Program-made: the position numbers and the translations under genes | IMG/VR virus record: IMGVR_UViG_3300037137_001787 | Coordinates: 1-52,148 of that record | Length of the DNA: 52,148 nt | Source: a virus | Lineage: Duplodnaviria > Caudoviricetes | Strand: one strand, 5' to 3' | Notes under the pieces: model-generated | Databases searched by the model: none | Told to the model about the DNA's origin: nothing | What the model saw: the letters and a program-made list of their open reading frames with translations, nothing else | Part shown: positions 28,970 to 38,810 of the stretch, one piece after another | Layout of the letters: each line of letters begins with the position of its first letter | Position numbering within the stretch: the stretch's first letter is position 1

Positions 28970-29191
28970 ATGACATTATCAGAAATACAGAAACAAACAA
29001 TAGTGCAAATAAAAGAACTGGAAAAAGAGTTTGGTGTGAGGTGGTTCGTTCAGGCAGAGTTGCTTGGTGTAACACTTCGTACCATGAGAGCTCTTGTTGA
29101 GAAAGGGTATCTTGTGGATAGGGAGTTTAATGATTTACCTTATTATCAATGGAAAGGAAAAGAAATCGAAGATGAAAATCTCAAACGGTGA
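28970..29191 (+). CDS. Small winged-helix-like protein
   Basis: QAELLGVTLRTMRALVEKGYL. Confidence 0.55.
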   Translation: MTLSEIQKQTIVQIKELEKEFGVRWFVQAELLGVTLRTMRALVEKGYLVDREFNDLPYYQWKGKEIEDENLKR

Positions 29192-29197
29192 TAACTC

Positions 29198-29557
29198 ATG
29201 AACAACCAAGAACTTGTACAAAAACTTGAATCATTGCCTGAAAGCATCCGGACCAAAAGTCTTGAGTTGCTTGCAATCCAAGAACAGATCGATACATTCC
29301 AGAACGATGTATATACCTTAAAAACAACGGCAATGGAAAAGGTACTGACTGACGGACTTGCTACGAACGATAAAGCAAGAGTTACAGCGCAAACCAGCCT
29401 TCTATCAAAAGATCAGCTTTACATCGATGCGGAAAAGTCGCTTCGGGAACAACAAAAGAAACTCAGACAGGAACAGGCGCAACTGGAGTATCTCCACGGT
29501 ATATTCAGTGCATACAAAGCGATTGCAAACATGATGTCAAATCCGGCGGTGTACTAA
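29198..29557 (+). CDS. Coiled-coil hypothetical protein
   Basis: Heptad-rich ORF in operon. Confidence 0.6.
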   Translation: MNNQELVQKLESLPESIRTKSLELLAIQEQIDTFQNDVYTLKTTAMEKVLTDGLATNDKARVTAQTSLLSKDQLYIDAEKSLREQQKKLRQEQAQLEYLHGIFSAYKAIANMMSNPAVY

Positions 29558-29560
29558 AAT

Positions 29561-29959
29561 ATGTGCAAAGGACTTGCAGTTATAACGGAAAAAATCAAAG
29601 ACGAATGGAAAGTGTACGCAAAACAGGGCGAATCATCACATGACAAAATACTTCATGAACAACGGGACGATTTACGATTTGGAAAAGCACCCCATCTCAA
29701 ATTTGAAGTATTATTTCCTGTCAGAGTTCAAGATAATATTCAACAGGATTGCGAATATCCAACTGGATGGATAGAACTTCAGTGGGGTAAGAAAGTTGCA
29801 TGTAAGGACGCATTCTTCGCAGTTTTCAAGCATTTGCGTGATAATCCTGAGTTGCTTGAGTTCATGCCAAGTATGTTTCAAGAGGCTGACCTGAGTGGGG
29901 CTGATACAAAAGGAACGATCTTTCCTGAAAAGTTCAAAAGCCCAGAGGTGAAATCATGA
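29561..29959 (+). CDS. Hypothetical protein with a vestigial pentapeptide repeat
   Basis: MCK..A N-terminus, SH motif and EADLSGAD near the C-terminus. Confidence 0.55.
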   Translation: MCKGLAVITEKIKDEWKVYAKQGESSHDKILHEQRDDLRFGKAPHLKFEVLFPVRVQDNIQQDCEYPTGWIELQWGKKVACKDAFFAVFKHLRDNPELLEFMPSMFQEADLSGADTKGTIFPEKFKSPEVKS

Positions 29960-31476
29960 ATGTAGACCAACAGTCCGTGATCAAATCCTTGCTCATCAAG
30001 CGAGGATATAAAGAATCCGGCATTACAAAGGGTTGGTTTTTCACAGAGGATGGTAGCGACAGGGCTGCCGACTTGCGGAAAGCCAAGCCGATCATCGGTA
30101 TTCTGATATCGGGCAACATAGTCACTGAAGGGCATGGAAATCTCAAAATTCTGGACGATATCCAGGAAGTTGAAGCGATCATGCGTGCTGGGCACATCAG
30201 CGGAAACGAGGGCGTTCTAAAGTCTGACACTCCTGACACTCCTGACACTTCAAAGAAAGGCACTACCACAGCGATATGCGAAAGGTGTAAGCTCCAATTC
30301 AATGTTACAAATGTAGATCAGGCGCAAAAAATCATAGAACAGTATGGTAAGTTATTCTGTCTGAAATGCCAGAGTTCCCCTCCTACAATGGATAGCAAGA
30401 TTGAACTGCCGAAAAACAACGCAAAGCCCGATTCAAGAATTGTAACCAAGAACTGTAAATCGTGCGGTCTGGAATTGTCAGGCGCCAGGGCGTTATACTG
30501 CTACCAGAAAGAGAAACCGTTCACATGCGAGGATTGTTATGAAAAAGAATATAAGGAAACGGAAAAGGGAAAAGATGCGACGATTGAGAAACGTGAAGCC
30601 AGACCCGAAGAATCAAAGATAATTCGCCAGCCGGACGCAAGGATACCAATACAAACACACACTCAACAGGGCGGCAGTATTATCAAAGGATTCCAACCAT
30701 CCCTAAAAGAGATTGGCAAAATCAAAATAGGCAGCAAGGGTGAAGAAAAACCAAAAGCAGGAGGCGGCACATTCCGATTGCCCGTAAAATTCGATCACTT
30801 TGAGATCGTATCCCTTGTACGAAATGAGAAAGGAGATTTCATCAAAGATCCGGTAATGCAGTTGCTTGGCGAGAACCCGAAAGAACTTGATATAATGTTG
30901 CTGTTCAACGAACCGACACTGAACTTCATTACCCGATACAATCAATATCAGGGCGGAAAATGTCTTTGTCAGGGCGATGGAGCAACGGCAAAACAAATAG
31001 ATGGCGCACAGGTAGAATGCAACCCAGATACCTGCCCACAGTTCGCTCAAAAGAAATGCAAGCCAAATGGTATCCTGTCAGTAATCCTCACGAAATCCCC
31101 CCGGCTTGGCGGCGTGTACAAATTCAGGACAACATCGTTCAATAGTATTAGATCAATACTATCCTCGCTATTCTTCCTCAGCAACCTTACAGGCGGCGTT
31201 CTGGCGATGATCCCATTGAAATTGACAGTATCCCCTATGCAGGTTCAACCGAAGGATTCTGCGAAGCCACAGACAATCTTCGTGGTAAATATTGAGTTCT
31301 CAGGAACCGCACCTGAATTGCTACAAAAGACGTTTGAAGTACATACCTATCAGAAAGATATGAGGGAACATATTATCAAGCTCGAAAGCACAGCACGTGC
31401 AGCACTGACCGCGCCAGAGAGCAAGGAAGAAATCAATGAGATAGAAGCTGAGTTCTATCCGAAGCAGGAGAAATGA
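29956..31476 (+). CDS. Recombination protein: Zn fingers plus a Gp3/RDF-like C-terminal domain
   Basis: EIGKIKIG, CQGDG, CKPNGILSVIL and GGVYKFRTTSFNS, with several CxxC pairs. Confidence 0.65.
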   Translation: MNVDQQSVIKSLLIKRGYKESGITKGWFFTEDGSDRAADLRKAKPIIGILISGNIVTEGHGNLKILDDIQEVEAIMRAGHISGNEGVLKSDTPDTPDTSKKGTTTAICERCKLQFNVTNVDQAQKIIEQYGKLFCLKCQSSPPTMDSKIELPKNNAKPDSRIVTKNCKSCGLELSGARALYCYQKEKPFTCEDCYEKEYKETEKGKDATIEKREARPEESKIIRQPDARIPIQTHTQQGGSIIKGFQPSLKEIGKIKIGSKGEEKPKAGGGTFRLPVKFDHFEIVSLVRNEKGDFIKDPVMQLLGENPKELDIMLLFNEPTLNFITRYNQYQGGKCLCQGDGATAKQIDGAQVECNPDTCPQFAQKKCKPNGILSVILTKSPRLGGVYKFRTTSFNSIRSILSSLFFLSNLTGGVLAMIPLKLTVSPMQVQPKDSAKPQTIFVVNIEFSGTAPELLQKTFEVHTYQKDMREHIIKLESTARAALTAPESKEEINEIEAEFYPKQEK

Positions 31477-31998
31477 TTGCTCTTGGTACTTTTTTCGTTC
31501 AGTATCTCATCGATGATTGACCTTATCAAAACGGGAGAAAAAACGCAAACCACCCGTGTCCCGCGCAAGCTAAAGAAGAACGGCGAACCTGCGTACAAAA
31601 TCGGTGATAAGGTGCAGTTGTACTACAAGTCACGGATGAGAAACAAATGTGAAAATTGCATAGTAGTATCTCCACCAAACCCGTGTGGATTATATAATGA
31701 TGATATTATTGATTATTGTTTCCATTACACGAACTTCTTCGGCGAATCTGAGATAATCGATATTATCCATTATCATCATAGTGATTATAAAGAACAGTAT
31801 CATGAAGTGTGGATGGGATACACTCTCGCATTAGCGGGCAAAGAAGATATGGATGCATGGGCAATCGCTGATGGGTTTCCGAACGGATATATTCAGGCTC
31901 ACGATTTCTTCAAATCAATTAATCCGAATTGGGCAGACCAGAACCTTGACGTGATTGTGTGGTCAAAAGATCAGATTATTGCGAGGTGGCAGAAATGA
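31477..31998 (+). CDS. ASCH/PUA-like domain protein
   Basis: IKTGEKTQTTR...GDKVQLY...AIADGF. Confidence 0.7.
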   Translation: MLLVLFSFSISSMIDLIKTGEKTQTTRVPRKLKKNGEPAYKIGDKVQLYYKSRMRNKCENCIVVSPPNPCGLYNDDIIDYCFHYTNFFGESEIIDIIHYHHSDYKEQYHEVWMGYTLALAGKEDMDAWAIADGFPNGYIQAHDFFKSINPNWADQNLDVIVWSKDQIIARWQK

Positions 31999-32660
31999 AC
32001 AAAACAAAAATCGAATGGACAGATTATGTCTGGAATCCTGTTACTGGATGTGAACACCAATGTCCATACTGCTATGCCCGAAAGATGGCAAACAGATTAA
32101 AAGGAAGATATGGATATCCAGTCGATGAACCATTCAAGCCGACGTTCCATGAACTAAAATTATGGGATACTTTTCCAAAGAGACCATCCAAGATATTTGT
32201 CTCATCGATGGGGGATCTTTTCGGTGAGTGGGTAACAGCTGAATGGATTAATCGGGTTTTGGACGTAGTTAGAATAAATTATAAGCATACCTTCATATTT
32301 CTCACAAAGAACCCGAAGAGATACTCGGAGTTTGACTTTCCCAAGAATGCATGGATTGGATATAGTACGACGGGGACACTACACCATAAATGGGATGAAC
32401 GACATAATGACAACATTAAATTTGTAAGTATAGAACCAATGAAAGAGCCCCTGAATATAAGGTTAAATGGATATGCGCAAGCGATAAACTTTGATTGGTT
32501 GATAGTTGGAAAAGAGACCGGAAACCGCAAAGGAAAATATTTGTTTGTTAATGAATGGCTTGACGATGTTCAAGACTTTACATCTAAAATGGGAATTCCG
32601 TTATTCGTAAAAGATAACATCGGTAAGTGGGAACAACAATTTCCAGAGGCGATATCATGA
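31995..32660 (+). CDS. DUF5131 (phage Gp37/Gp68) radical-SAM-like protein
   Basis: KTKIEWTD..WNPVTGC...CPYCYA, IFVSSMGDLF, LTKNP and SIEP. Confidence 0.88.
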   Translation: MNKTKIEWTDYVWNPVTGCEHQCPYCYARKMANRLKGRYGYPVDEPFKPTFHELKLWDTFPKRPSKIFVSSMGDLFGEWVTAEWINRVLDVVRINYKHTFIFLTKNPKRYSEFDFPKNAWIGYSTTGTLHHKWDERHNDNIKFVSIEPMKEPLNIRLNGYAQAINFDWLIVGKETGNRKGKYLFVNEWLDDVQDFTSKMGIPLFVKDNIGKWEQQFPEAIS

Positions 32661-32817
32661 TGCCGCCAATATGCCCATATCCGTTTTTACGTTGCATTAA
32701 TAATCCAACGAAATCAATTTGTGAACACTATGTAAACTTGCTTTCTTGTCCTAAATACAGGGAAATTCGGGATGCTAAGCGAACGAAGATAGCTAACAGG
32801 GATAAGCAGAGGAAATT

Positions 32818-33102
32818 ATGAATATGGAATGCCCGTTTTATAAATTAGGTGAAAACATTAGACCAGAGATATTGTTTTTTGCTGAGCAGATGGAAAAGGT
32901 TATGAAAAGCCATGATGCTGATAAAGGCGATTCATGGAAATGCATGACAAATAAACAATTACTTACATTATTAAAAAATGAATACACTGAAGCTAAAGTT
33001 GGAATATTTACAAAAGAATATATTGATGTTGCCAATATTTGTATGATGCTTTTCTGGAATGGATGCAAACAATCTAACTGGAATCTTCCTGAAACGGAGT
33101 AA
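32818..33102 (+). CDS. MazG-like nucleotide pyrophosphohydrolase-type protein
   Basis: FAEQMEKVM..D..KG.SW...EYIDVANICMM. Confidence 0.55.
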   Translation: MNMECPFYKLGENIRPEILFFAEQMEKVMKSHDADKGDSWKCMTNKQLLTLLKNEYTEAKVGIFTKEYIDVANICMMLFWNGCKQSNWNLPETE

Positions 33103-33121
33103 AATGAATCAAAAGCAAATC

Positions 33122-34401
33122 GTAACTTTAACTCCCCACTATAAAGTGGGGAGCATTATCACTATGTTCAGCATCAATTCCCTTACGGGCTTCGGCTTCA
33201 TCACACGCAATGTATGGCTGAGTTACAGGCAACCTACTATCCTGAGATTTACCCAAGATAGCAATGTTTCTGGCAGCATTGAGGTCAGCATGGAGTTGAA
33301 AACCACACTTAACACAATTGAAAGAATGTCCTTTCCGGTTTCCTTTGTAGATATGTCCGCAGTTAGAACATTTCTGACTGGTATATCTGGGATCAATCAT
33401 TACAACCGTTTTTCCAAGAGCTTCAGCTTTATATTTCAAAAACTGTTCAAGTTCATAGAAAGCCCAGTTATTAAGTTTTCTCGTAAACTCAACTCCTTTT
33501 GTTCTGCTCTGAACTCTTATGCTGGTCAAATCTTCAATAGCAAATATATCATAGGGCATAGTTACAATTTCCTTAGAGATATTATGATTGATCCAAGTTA
33601 CAAACTGTTGTTCCTTCCGAGAAATCTTCCTGAGAAGCTTCTTAGCGGATTTAGTGCCTTTGGCTTGGAGTTTCGCTCTAAGATATGCGTACTTTGCTCT
33701 TACGTTTTTGACAGGTTTACTATTGAAAAAATGATTGTTAGAAGTTACAGCAATATTGACTATTCCTCTATCTATCCCAAGAACCTTATCGCCAACAGGT
33801 TCAGGAGATTGTTTCTTGATAGTTACATGCAAGTAAAAGGTATCCTGCTGTTTGTTATAGGAAAGTGTAGAAGTTCGAAGTTCCCAGGTAAGATATTGCC
33901 TGTAATATTCAGGAATCGGGAAAGTTGCTTTTACTCTGCCTTTAGTAGTAGCGAGGGTAACGACTTGCCTGGAAAGATTGATATTGCAAACTCTTTTATT
34001 ATATCGGATAGCGGAATATTGCTTACTCTTCGGCAGCTTCTTAAGTTCGACTCCTTTAAGAGCTTCGCAGGCAACATCTCTAACCCCCTGGAGAATAGCA
34101 CAGGGAAGTTCAGGATACTTTCCCCGGATATCGTAATAAGTAGCATGGTGAATAGATACTTTGCTGCAAGTATGGTTCTCAAAACCGTATTGAGCAATCA
34201 TATTAAAAACGTGATTACTCAATGTCATGGTAAGTCGGAGAGTTTCTTTATCGTACTCAGACAAATCCAGCTTAAGTTTAATCGTTCTATCCACACTCAT
34301 ATATTACAACGTATAACCTTAAATAGTTTGGGGTATGTTGATATTATAAAGCGGGGTATGCTCCTCCTCGGACTTGAAGTCCGAGGTATCCGCTACCCCT
34401 G
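33122..34401 (-). mobile_element. IS200/IS605-family element 3 (TnpB only)
   Basis: Left-end hairpin cctcggacttcaagtccgagg, right-end hairpin ctccccactttatagtggggag. Removing 33122-34401 restores the ORF MNQKQI|HPTEDTMKLKD. Confidence 0.85.
33128..34300 (-). CDS. tnpB: TnpB (Cas12f-like)
   Basis: GIDRG / AIEDL / HADLNAARNI, TSQKCSNCG and CVKCG. Confidence 0.93.
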   Translation of the reverse strand: MSVDRTIKLKLDLSEYDKETLRLTMTLSNHVFNMIAQYGFENHTCSKVSIHHATYYDIRGKYPELPCAILQGVRDVACEALKGVELKKLPKSKQYSAIRYNKRVCNINLSRQVVTLATTKGRVKATFPIPEYYRQYLTWELRTSTLSYNKQQDTFYLHVTIKKQSPEPVGDKVLGIDRGIVNIAVTSNNHFFNSKPVKNVRAKYAYLRAKLQAKGTKSAKKLLRKISRKEQQFVTWINHNISKEIVTMPYDIFAIEDLTSIRVQSRTKGVEFTRKLNNWAFYELEQFLKYKAEALGKTVVMIDPRYTSQKCSNCGHIYKGNRKGHSFNCVKCGFQLHADLNAARNIAILGKSQDSRLPVTQPYIACDEAEARKGIDAEHSDNAPHFIVGS

Positions 34402-34700
34402 CACCCCACGGAGGACACAATGAAACTCAAGGATGCACTTATCCTCGCCAAGAAGCGAACCGCAGAAACAAATACCAAAAAGTACCTGCAACGGTATTAT
34501 CAGGAACGAAGGATGAATATGCAATAAGGAGAACGAGACAATGAGCATCCCTAACAGGTTCTGCAACGAATGCGGCGCGCAGGTCCAGACAGTAGATGTG
34601 GAGATCAGGAACTCTGAGACGAAATGGGCAGCGCTGACCGTCATGCAGGGTGTATGCATTGTTTGCGGAAAAACAATGACGTTCGGGGCGTGAAAGGGAA

Positions 34701-35078
34701 ATGGAGGCTGTACGCGATATGAAAGAAGGAATAATCAAAATAACAGATACAGATAACCTGTATTACGATAGCAATACGAAACAATATAAATCAAGAATGC
34801 ATTGTCCGTATTGTGGCAAAGCATCTGGGTGTTGGTGTTATCCTGACTTTGATAGCGTGTCTATGTGGGATGAAGATTATCCGAATGTATATTGTTGTAA
34901 TGTGCATTTCGTTCTCGATCAGGAAGATAATATATACGAACTTGTCGAGATTGCCATGGGACTGGGTATCACCATCAAGCCAACGATGGAAGAATGGAAC
35001 GCAGCAAAGATCGTAAAAGTAATTATGGAAGATATTGATAACATGTGGGATGTATCGGGGGGTTGCTGCGAAACATGA
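34701..35078 (+). CDS. Cys-rich hypothetical protein
   Basis: CPYCG motif, in operon. Confidence 0.55.
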   Translation: MEAVRDMKEGIIKITDTDNLYYDSNTKQYKSRMHCPYCGKASGCWCYPDFDSVSMWDEDYPNVYCCNVHFVLDQEDNIYELVEIAMGLGITIKPTMEEWNAAKIVKVIMEDIDNMWDVSGGCCET

Positions 35079-35097
35079 AGGAAAATGAGGGAAAATA

Positions 35098-35382
35098 ATG
35101 TCAATACTATCTAAATTCGTGATCGAAAACCTTGACTTGGAATTCAAGAAAGAAATTTCAAAAGAAATTTCAAATGGGAGATTACTTGAGACGATGGCTC
35201 GGTTTGAAAGGACATATCAGATTAGAAAGGAGGAAAAAAATATGACAAACAAAACAGTATATTGCCCTCATTGTCGGAGATACGGCATGGAATCGGTAGA
35301 AGAAAACCTTGCGGTGTGCCCAGACTGCGGCGGAAAGGCACAATGGGAGGATGAAGTCCTCAAATACAGGATGAAAATATGA
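35098..35382 (+). CDS. Zn-ribbon hypothetical protein
   Basis: CPHC...CPDCG. Confidence 0.5.
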   Translation: MSILSKFVIENLDLEFKKEISKEISNGRLLETMARFERTYQIRKEEKNMTNKTVYCPHCRRYGMESVEENLAVCPDCGGKAQWEDEVLKYRMKI

Positions 35383-35523
35383 ATCGGATTGAATATCCAC
35401 ATCTCTATGACTTTCTGCATCGATTAGAGAATGAGTCGATACGGAAAAGAGAGAACAGACAGCTTAGAGAAGATTATGGTATTTCTATTGGACTGGCGAA
35501 CGGAGAAAGCATTTCAATTTCTC

Positions 35524-35597
35524 GTCACACTGACCCCGTACTCAAGTACGGGGCATGAACGGGACGGGTAACGACTCTGCGGAGTCGCTTGGCGCAT
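35524..35597 (-). repeat. IS605 right-end-like hairpin repeat
   Basis: ccccgtactcaagtacgggg hairpin. 35564-35597 is identical to 36402-36435. Confidence 0.75.
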
Positions 35598-35778
35598 AAA
35601 CAACAATAATAAAGAGGTTGAAAATGGTATCAGATGAGGAAGCTGCTGATATGGTTATATCTAACCTGAAATCTAAAGGGTTTGCAGTCAAAGACAGGAA
35701 TCTGATAATTGCAGATATTCATGCAATCAGAGAACGAAAAATAAAAGGGACAAAAGATGTAACGGATAAATGGAGAAT

Positions 35779-35830
35779 GTGACCACGACCCCGGACTACA
35801 AGTCCGAGGCATCGCTACACATGGGCGCAT
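35779..35830 (-). repeat. IS605 right-end-like hairpin repeat
   Basis: gtgaccacgaccccggactacaagtccgaggcatc...ggcgcat. Confidence 0.75.
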
Positions 35831-35857
35831 GAATTAATATATAGAAAAGAGGTAATT

Positions 35858-36331
35858 ATGGCTGAACACGAAGAGAAACGATTAACAGAAACCCCCATCA
35901 AAGATTGTTGCGAGTTCATTCGCGACAATTTTGATAATATAATACCGTTTGAGGTAAAAAGTGGATATGGATTTCAGATTAGAATGGGTGAAGCTACATA
36001 CAGAGAACTTCCTGAAAAGTATAAGTCTGAACTAAAACAGTTTGCTTATTTCGGTGAGCAAAGGGTACGTGATAGTATCTGGCAACGATACTTACTGGAT
36101 TATTTCTGGACATATACACAAGAATATATTTTTAATTTCAATATCGAAAAAGCAATATCTATAGAAACAAAATGTGTTTATGGATATGAAGGAGTTGAGG
36201 ACTCGGATCAAGAAATCGTATTTATAGATGTGGTTGCGTTTCCTGAATTTATTATGCTAAATATTGGTTTAGGACAAAAGGATATACTAAAATATCCAAA
36301 AGATGCGCATGTTTCCGTTTCAAGTGTATGA
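35858..36331 (+). CDS. AT-rich hypothetical cassette protein
   Basis: GAGGT RBS, bracketed by repeats. Confidence 0.65.
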   Translation: MAEHEEKRLTETPIKDCCEFIRDNFDNIIPFEVKSGYGFQIRMGEATYRELPEKYKSELKQFAYFGEQRVRDSIWQRYLLDYFWTYTQEYIFNFNIEKAISIETKCVYGYEGVEDSDQEIVFIDVVAFPEFIMLNIGLGQKDILKYPKDAHVSVSSV

Positions 36332-36346
36332 AGCTGCTCCCCCGAA

Positions 36347-36435
36347 GTGACCGATACCCCGCACTCCGCTGCGGCTAAAGTGCGAGGCATCTACGGACGA
36401 AACGGGTAACGACTCTGCGGAGTCGCTTGGCGCAT
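36347..36435 (-). repeat. IS605 right-end-like hairpin repeat
   Basis: gtgaccgataccccgcact...agtgcgaggcatctacg...ggcgcat. Confidence 0.75.
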
Positions 36436-36597
36436 GAAACAAGCATATAGAAAAGAGGTTAAAATATGATACCAAAAGGTTGTTATAGGGACAACACAGA
36501 ACGATTATATGATGATTTAACAAAATCGTTATGCACGCTATCAAATCCTCCTGCGAAGAATATTGAGGAGTGGACTGAACGGTATGGAAGCGACTGA

Positions 36598-37260
36598 ATG
36601 ACACCAACTATTTATGTTGATTCTCATGAATTACGCAGTCCAGTAGCTCGATTATTGGATTTAAAAGGAGTAAATATAATAATACGCACCATTGAAGTGG
36701 GAGATTATATACTCAGTGAAAATTGTGGTTGCGAGAGGAAAACGGCAGAAGATGCTTTAAGTTCATTTATCGGAGAAGAAAAAGGCAAGATATTCAGGCA
36801 ATGCTATGATCTTGTTAATGCATATTCTCATCCAATCTTAATCATGGAGTGTGATTTATCTGATTTGTTTATCCGCAACATTCATCCCAGTGCAATATGG
36901 GGAATGCTTCGTTCAATAATATGGGGGGGGTGTGCAATCACTTTCACATATAATGCAGAAGGTACAGCCAATAAATTATATGAACTTGCTAAATTAGAAC
37001 AGGAAGGAAACAATAAAGAGTTCTCACCACACGGTTCTAAGACAAAAAGAACTAAGCATGAGCAACTTGAATACATAATCTCAAGTATTCCTGACATTGG
37101 ACCAGCCACAACAAAAAACCTCTTATGTCACTTCGGCAACATAGAGTCGATATGTCGTGCGGGAATAGACGAATTGATGTGCGTGGACGGAATAGGAACT
37201 GCTACCGCAGAAAAAATTAGGGGCATTATAACTCAAAACTATAATCAATTATTGAAATAA
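36598..37260 (+). CDS. ERCC4/XPF (Hef-like) structure-specific nuclease with HhH2
   Basis: VDSHE, GDY, ERKTAED, and tandem HhH IPDIGP / VDGIG. Confidence 0.93.
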   Translation: MTPTIYVDSHELRSPVARLLDLKGVNIIIRTIEVGDYILSENCGCERKTAEDALSSFIGEEKGKIFRQCYDLVNAYSHPILIMECDLSDLFIRNIHPSAIWGMLRSIIWGGCAITFTYNAEGTANKLYELAKLEQEGNNKEFSPHGSKTKRTKHEQLEYIISSIPDIGPATTKNLLCHFGNIESICRAGIDELMCVDGIGTATAEKIRGIITQNYNQLLK

Positions 37261-37502
37261 GAGGTAAAAAAATGGATCAAATACCACGATGTAAAACCCA
37301 TAATAGAAAGATGAGAATGTCAGAATATGAAGGCGTTGGATTTAGACCGGTGTGTGATGAATGTTCATTAGAAGAAAACTGGGAACGAGTAAGAAGAGGG
37401 GAAGTTTAGTAACCGACTCCGCTTTAAAAAGCGAAGCATTACGCTAAATAAGGATGCACAAAGTTATGGAAACAAAACAAACCCAAAGGGAAAAAAGAGG
37501 GT

Positions 37503-38330
37503 ATGATGAAATATGAAAAGGAATGGGACGTGGTATCTGATAAACTTCATGATTGGAATCCAGATGTCGAACCTTGCATTGCGGATATGCGAATCTTGAG
37601 GGCTGTTAGATACATTGCATACACAAAAAAGGACGCTGTTATTTTAGACATTGGGTGTGGTGAAGGGGATTTGCTAAGACTATTATTTAAAATGGGTTAC
37701 AAAAATTTGACGGGTACTGAAATATCAGAACGGCGGATATCTGTCGCAAAAGAAAAGAACGAGGATATCAACTATATGCATTCTAATAATCTCATGGATT
37801 TCGATAACGAAAGTATAGATACACTAATCTCAACAGGAGTAATTGAGCATCTTGAAAACCCTGAAGAATTTATATCAGAATGTAGCAGAATACTAAAGCC
37901 AAATGGACAATTAATAATCACGACAAATTGCTATTTTTGGCGAGTTCAAAAAGCATTGGGATTATATAGAACGGTAATGCCTATCGATGATGCTCCATTT
38001 CCCACAACTTTAATCAATTGGGGAAAGAAAAACGGTCTTGATATAGTGCATTATGATGCATGGGGTTCTTTTCTATTTCACCCATACTTTGCCATCACAA
38101 ATGTAATGTCGATTATTATTCCAAAATTCATTAAACAGTATTTTATTTCGACATACGAAAAAGGATTAACCACAACATACAATCCTAAGAAAGAAGAACA
38201 TTTATTTTTACAATCAGTGCCGATTTCTCTCAAAACAAGTAAGTTGGCAATTTTAAAATGTATATTCCTGATAGATGATATATTTTATTTTCAAAAGAAA
38301 TTGCGGCATGAATTCATTACCAGTGTTTGA
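37503..38330 (+). CDS. Class I SAM-dependent methyltransferase
   Basis: ILDIGCGEG, GVIEHL and RILKPNG. Confidence 0.88.
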   Translation: MMKYEKEWDVVSDKLHDWNPDVEPCIADMRILRAVRYIAYTKKDAVILDIGCGEGDLLRLLFKMGYKNLTGTEISERRISVAKEKNEDINYMHSNNLMDFDNESIDTLISTGVIEHLENPEEFISECSRILKPNGQLIITTNCYFWRVQKALGLYRTVMPIDDAPFPTTLINWGKKNGLDIVHYDAWGSFLFHPYFAITNVMSIIIPKFIKQYFISTYEKGLTTTYNPKKEEHLFLQSVPISLKTSKLAILKCIFLIDDIFYFQKKLRHEFITSV

Positions 38331-38810
38331 AGTTGCTCCCCGAAATAACAATCCTCGTACTCCGTTGCGACTCCGTACGAGGTCTTACTTAATCCAATCC
38401 GGGAAACATCGCTCTAAGAAATGTAAGGAATGGCGTTCGAAGATCTCATCTATACATTCATCCTTTCCTTTTCGAGCAACAAGACTGCGCCATATTTGTT
38501 TTAAGCCTTTCATACCAGACACTTCATCCAAGCTCATGTTTTGATAATCCCTGCGCTATTCCCAGCAAGTAATGTCTGCGTATAACTTTCAAGAGTAATA
38601 TCCTGGAAGTGAGTTATCATATGTGTTGTTCGCACGCACATCATGATCGTATTTGCGGTACGTCGCTCCGGCACACAGGTACTCATTCCCATATTGACTT
38701 CGTATGCTTCCATCATCCACCTGCAAGCAACCGCAACACAACAGTTATCATCATCATCACAATTATGATTAAAGGTATCCAGTATTTGTCCATGAAACTT
38801 GATTGTGTTG

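Noticed and set aside
30223-30249. ctgacactc tandem 9-mer
   Set aside because: Short in-frame slippage (DTPDTPDT) in a linker with no further structure.
33059-34423. 454-aa plus-strand ORF
   Set aside because: Antisense shadow of the TnpB at 33128-34300. Such long reverse frames are common for tnpB, and it has no protein motifs.
35524-36435. Possible CRISPR mini-array
   Set aside because: Repeats are variable in length, separated by hundreds of bp containing ORFs, and have no regular spacers.
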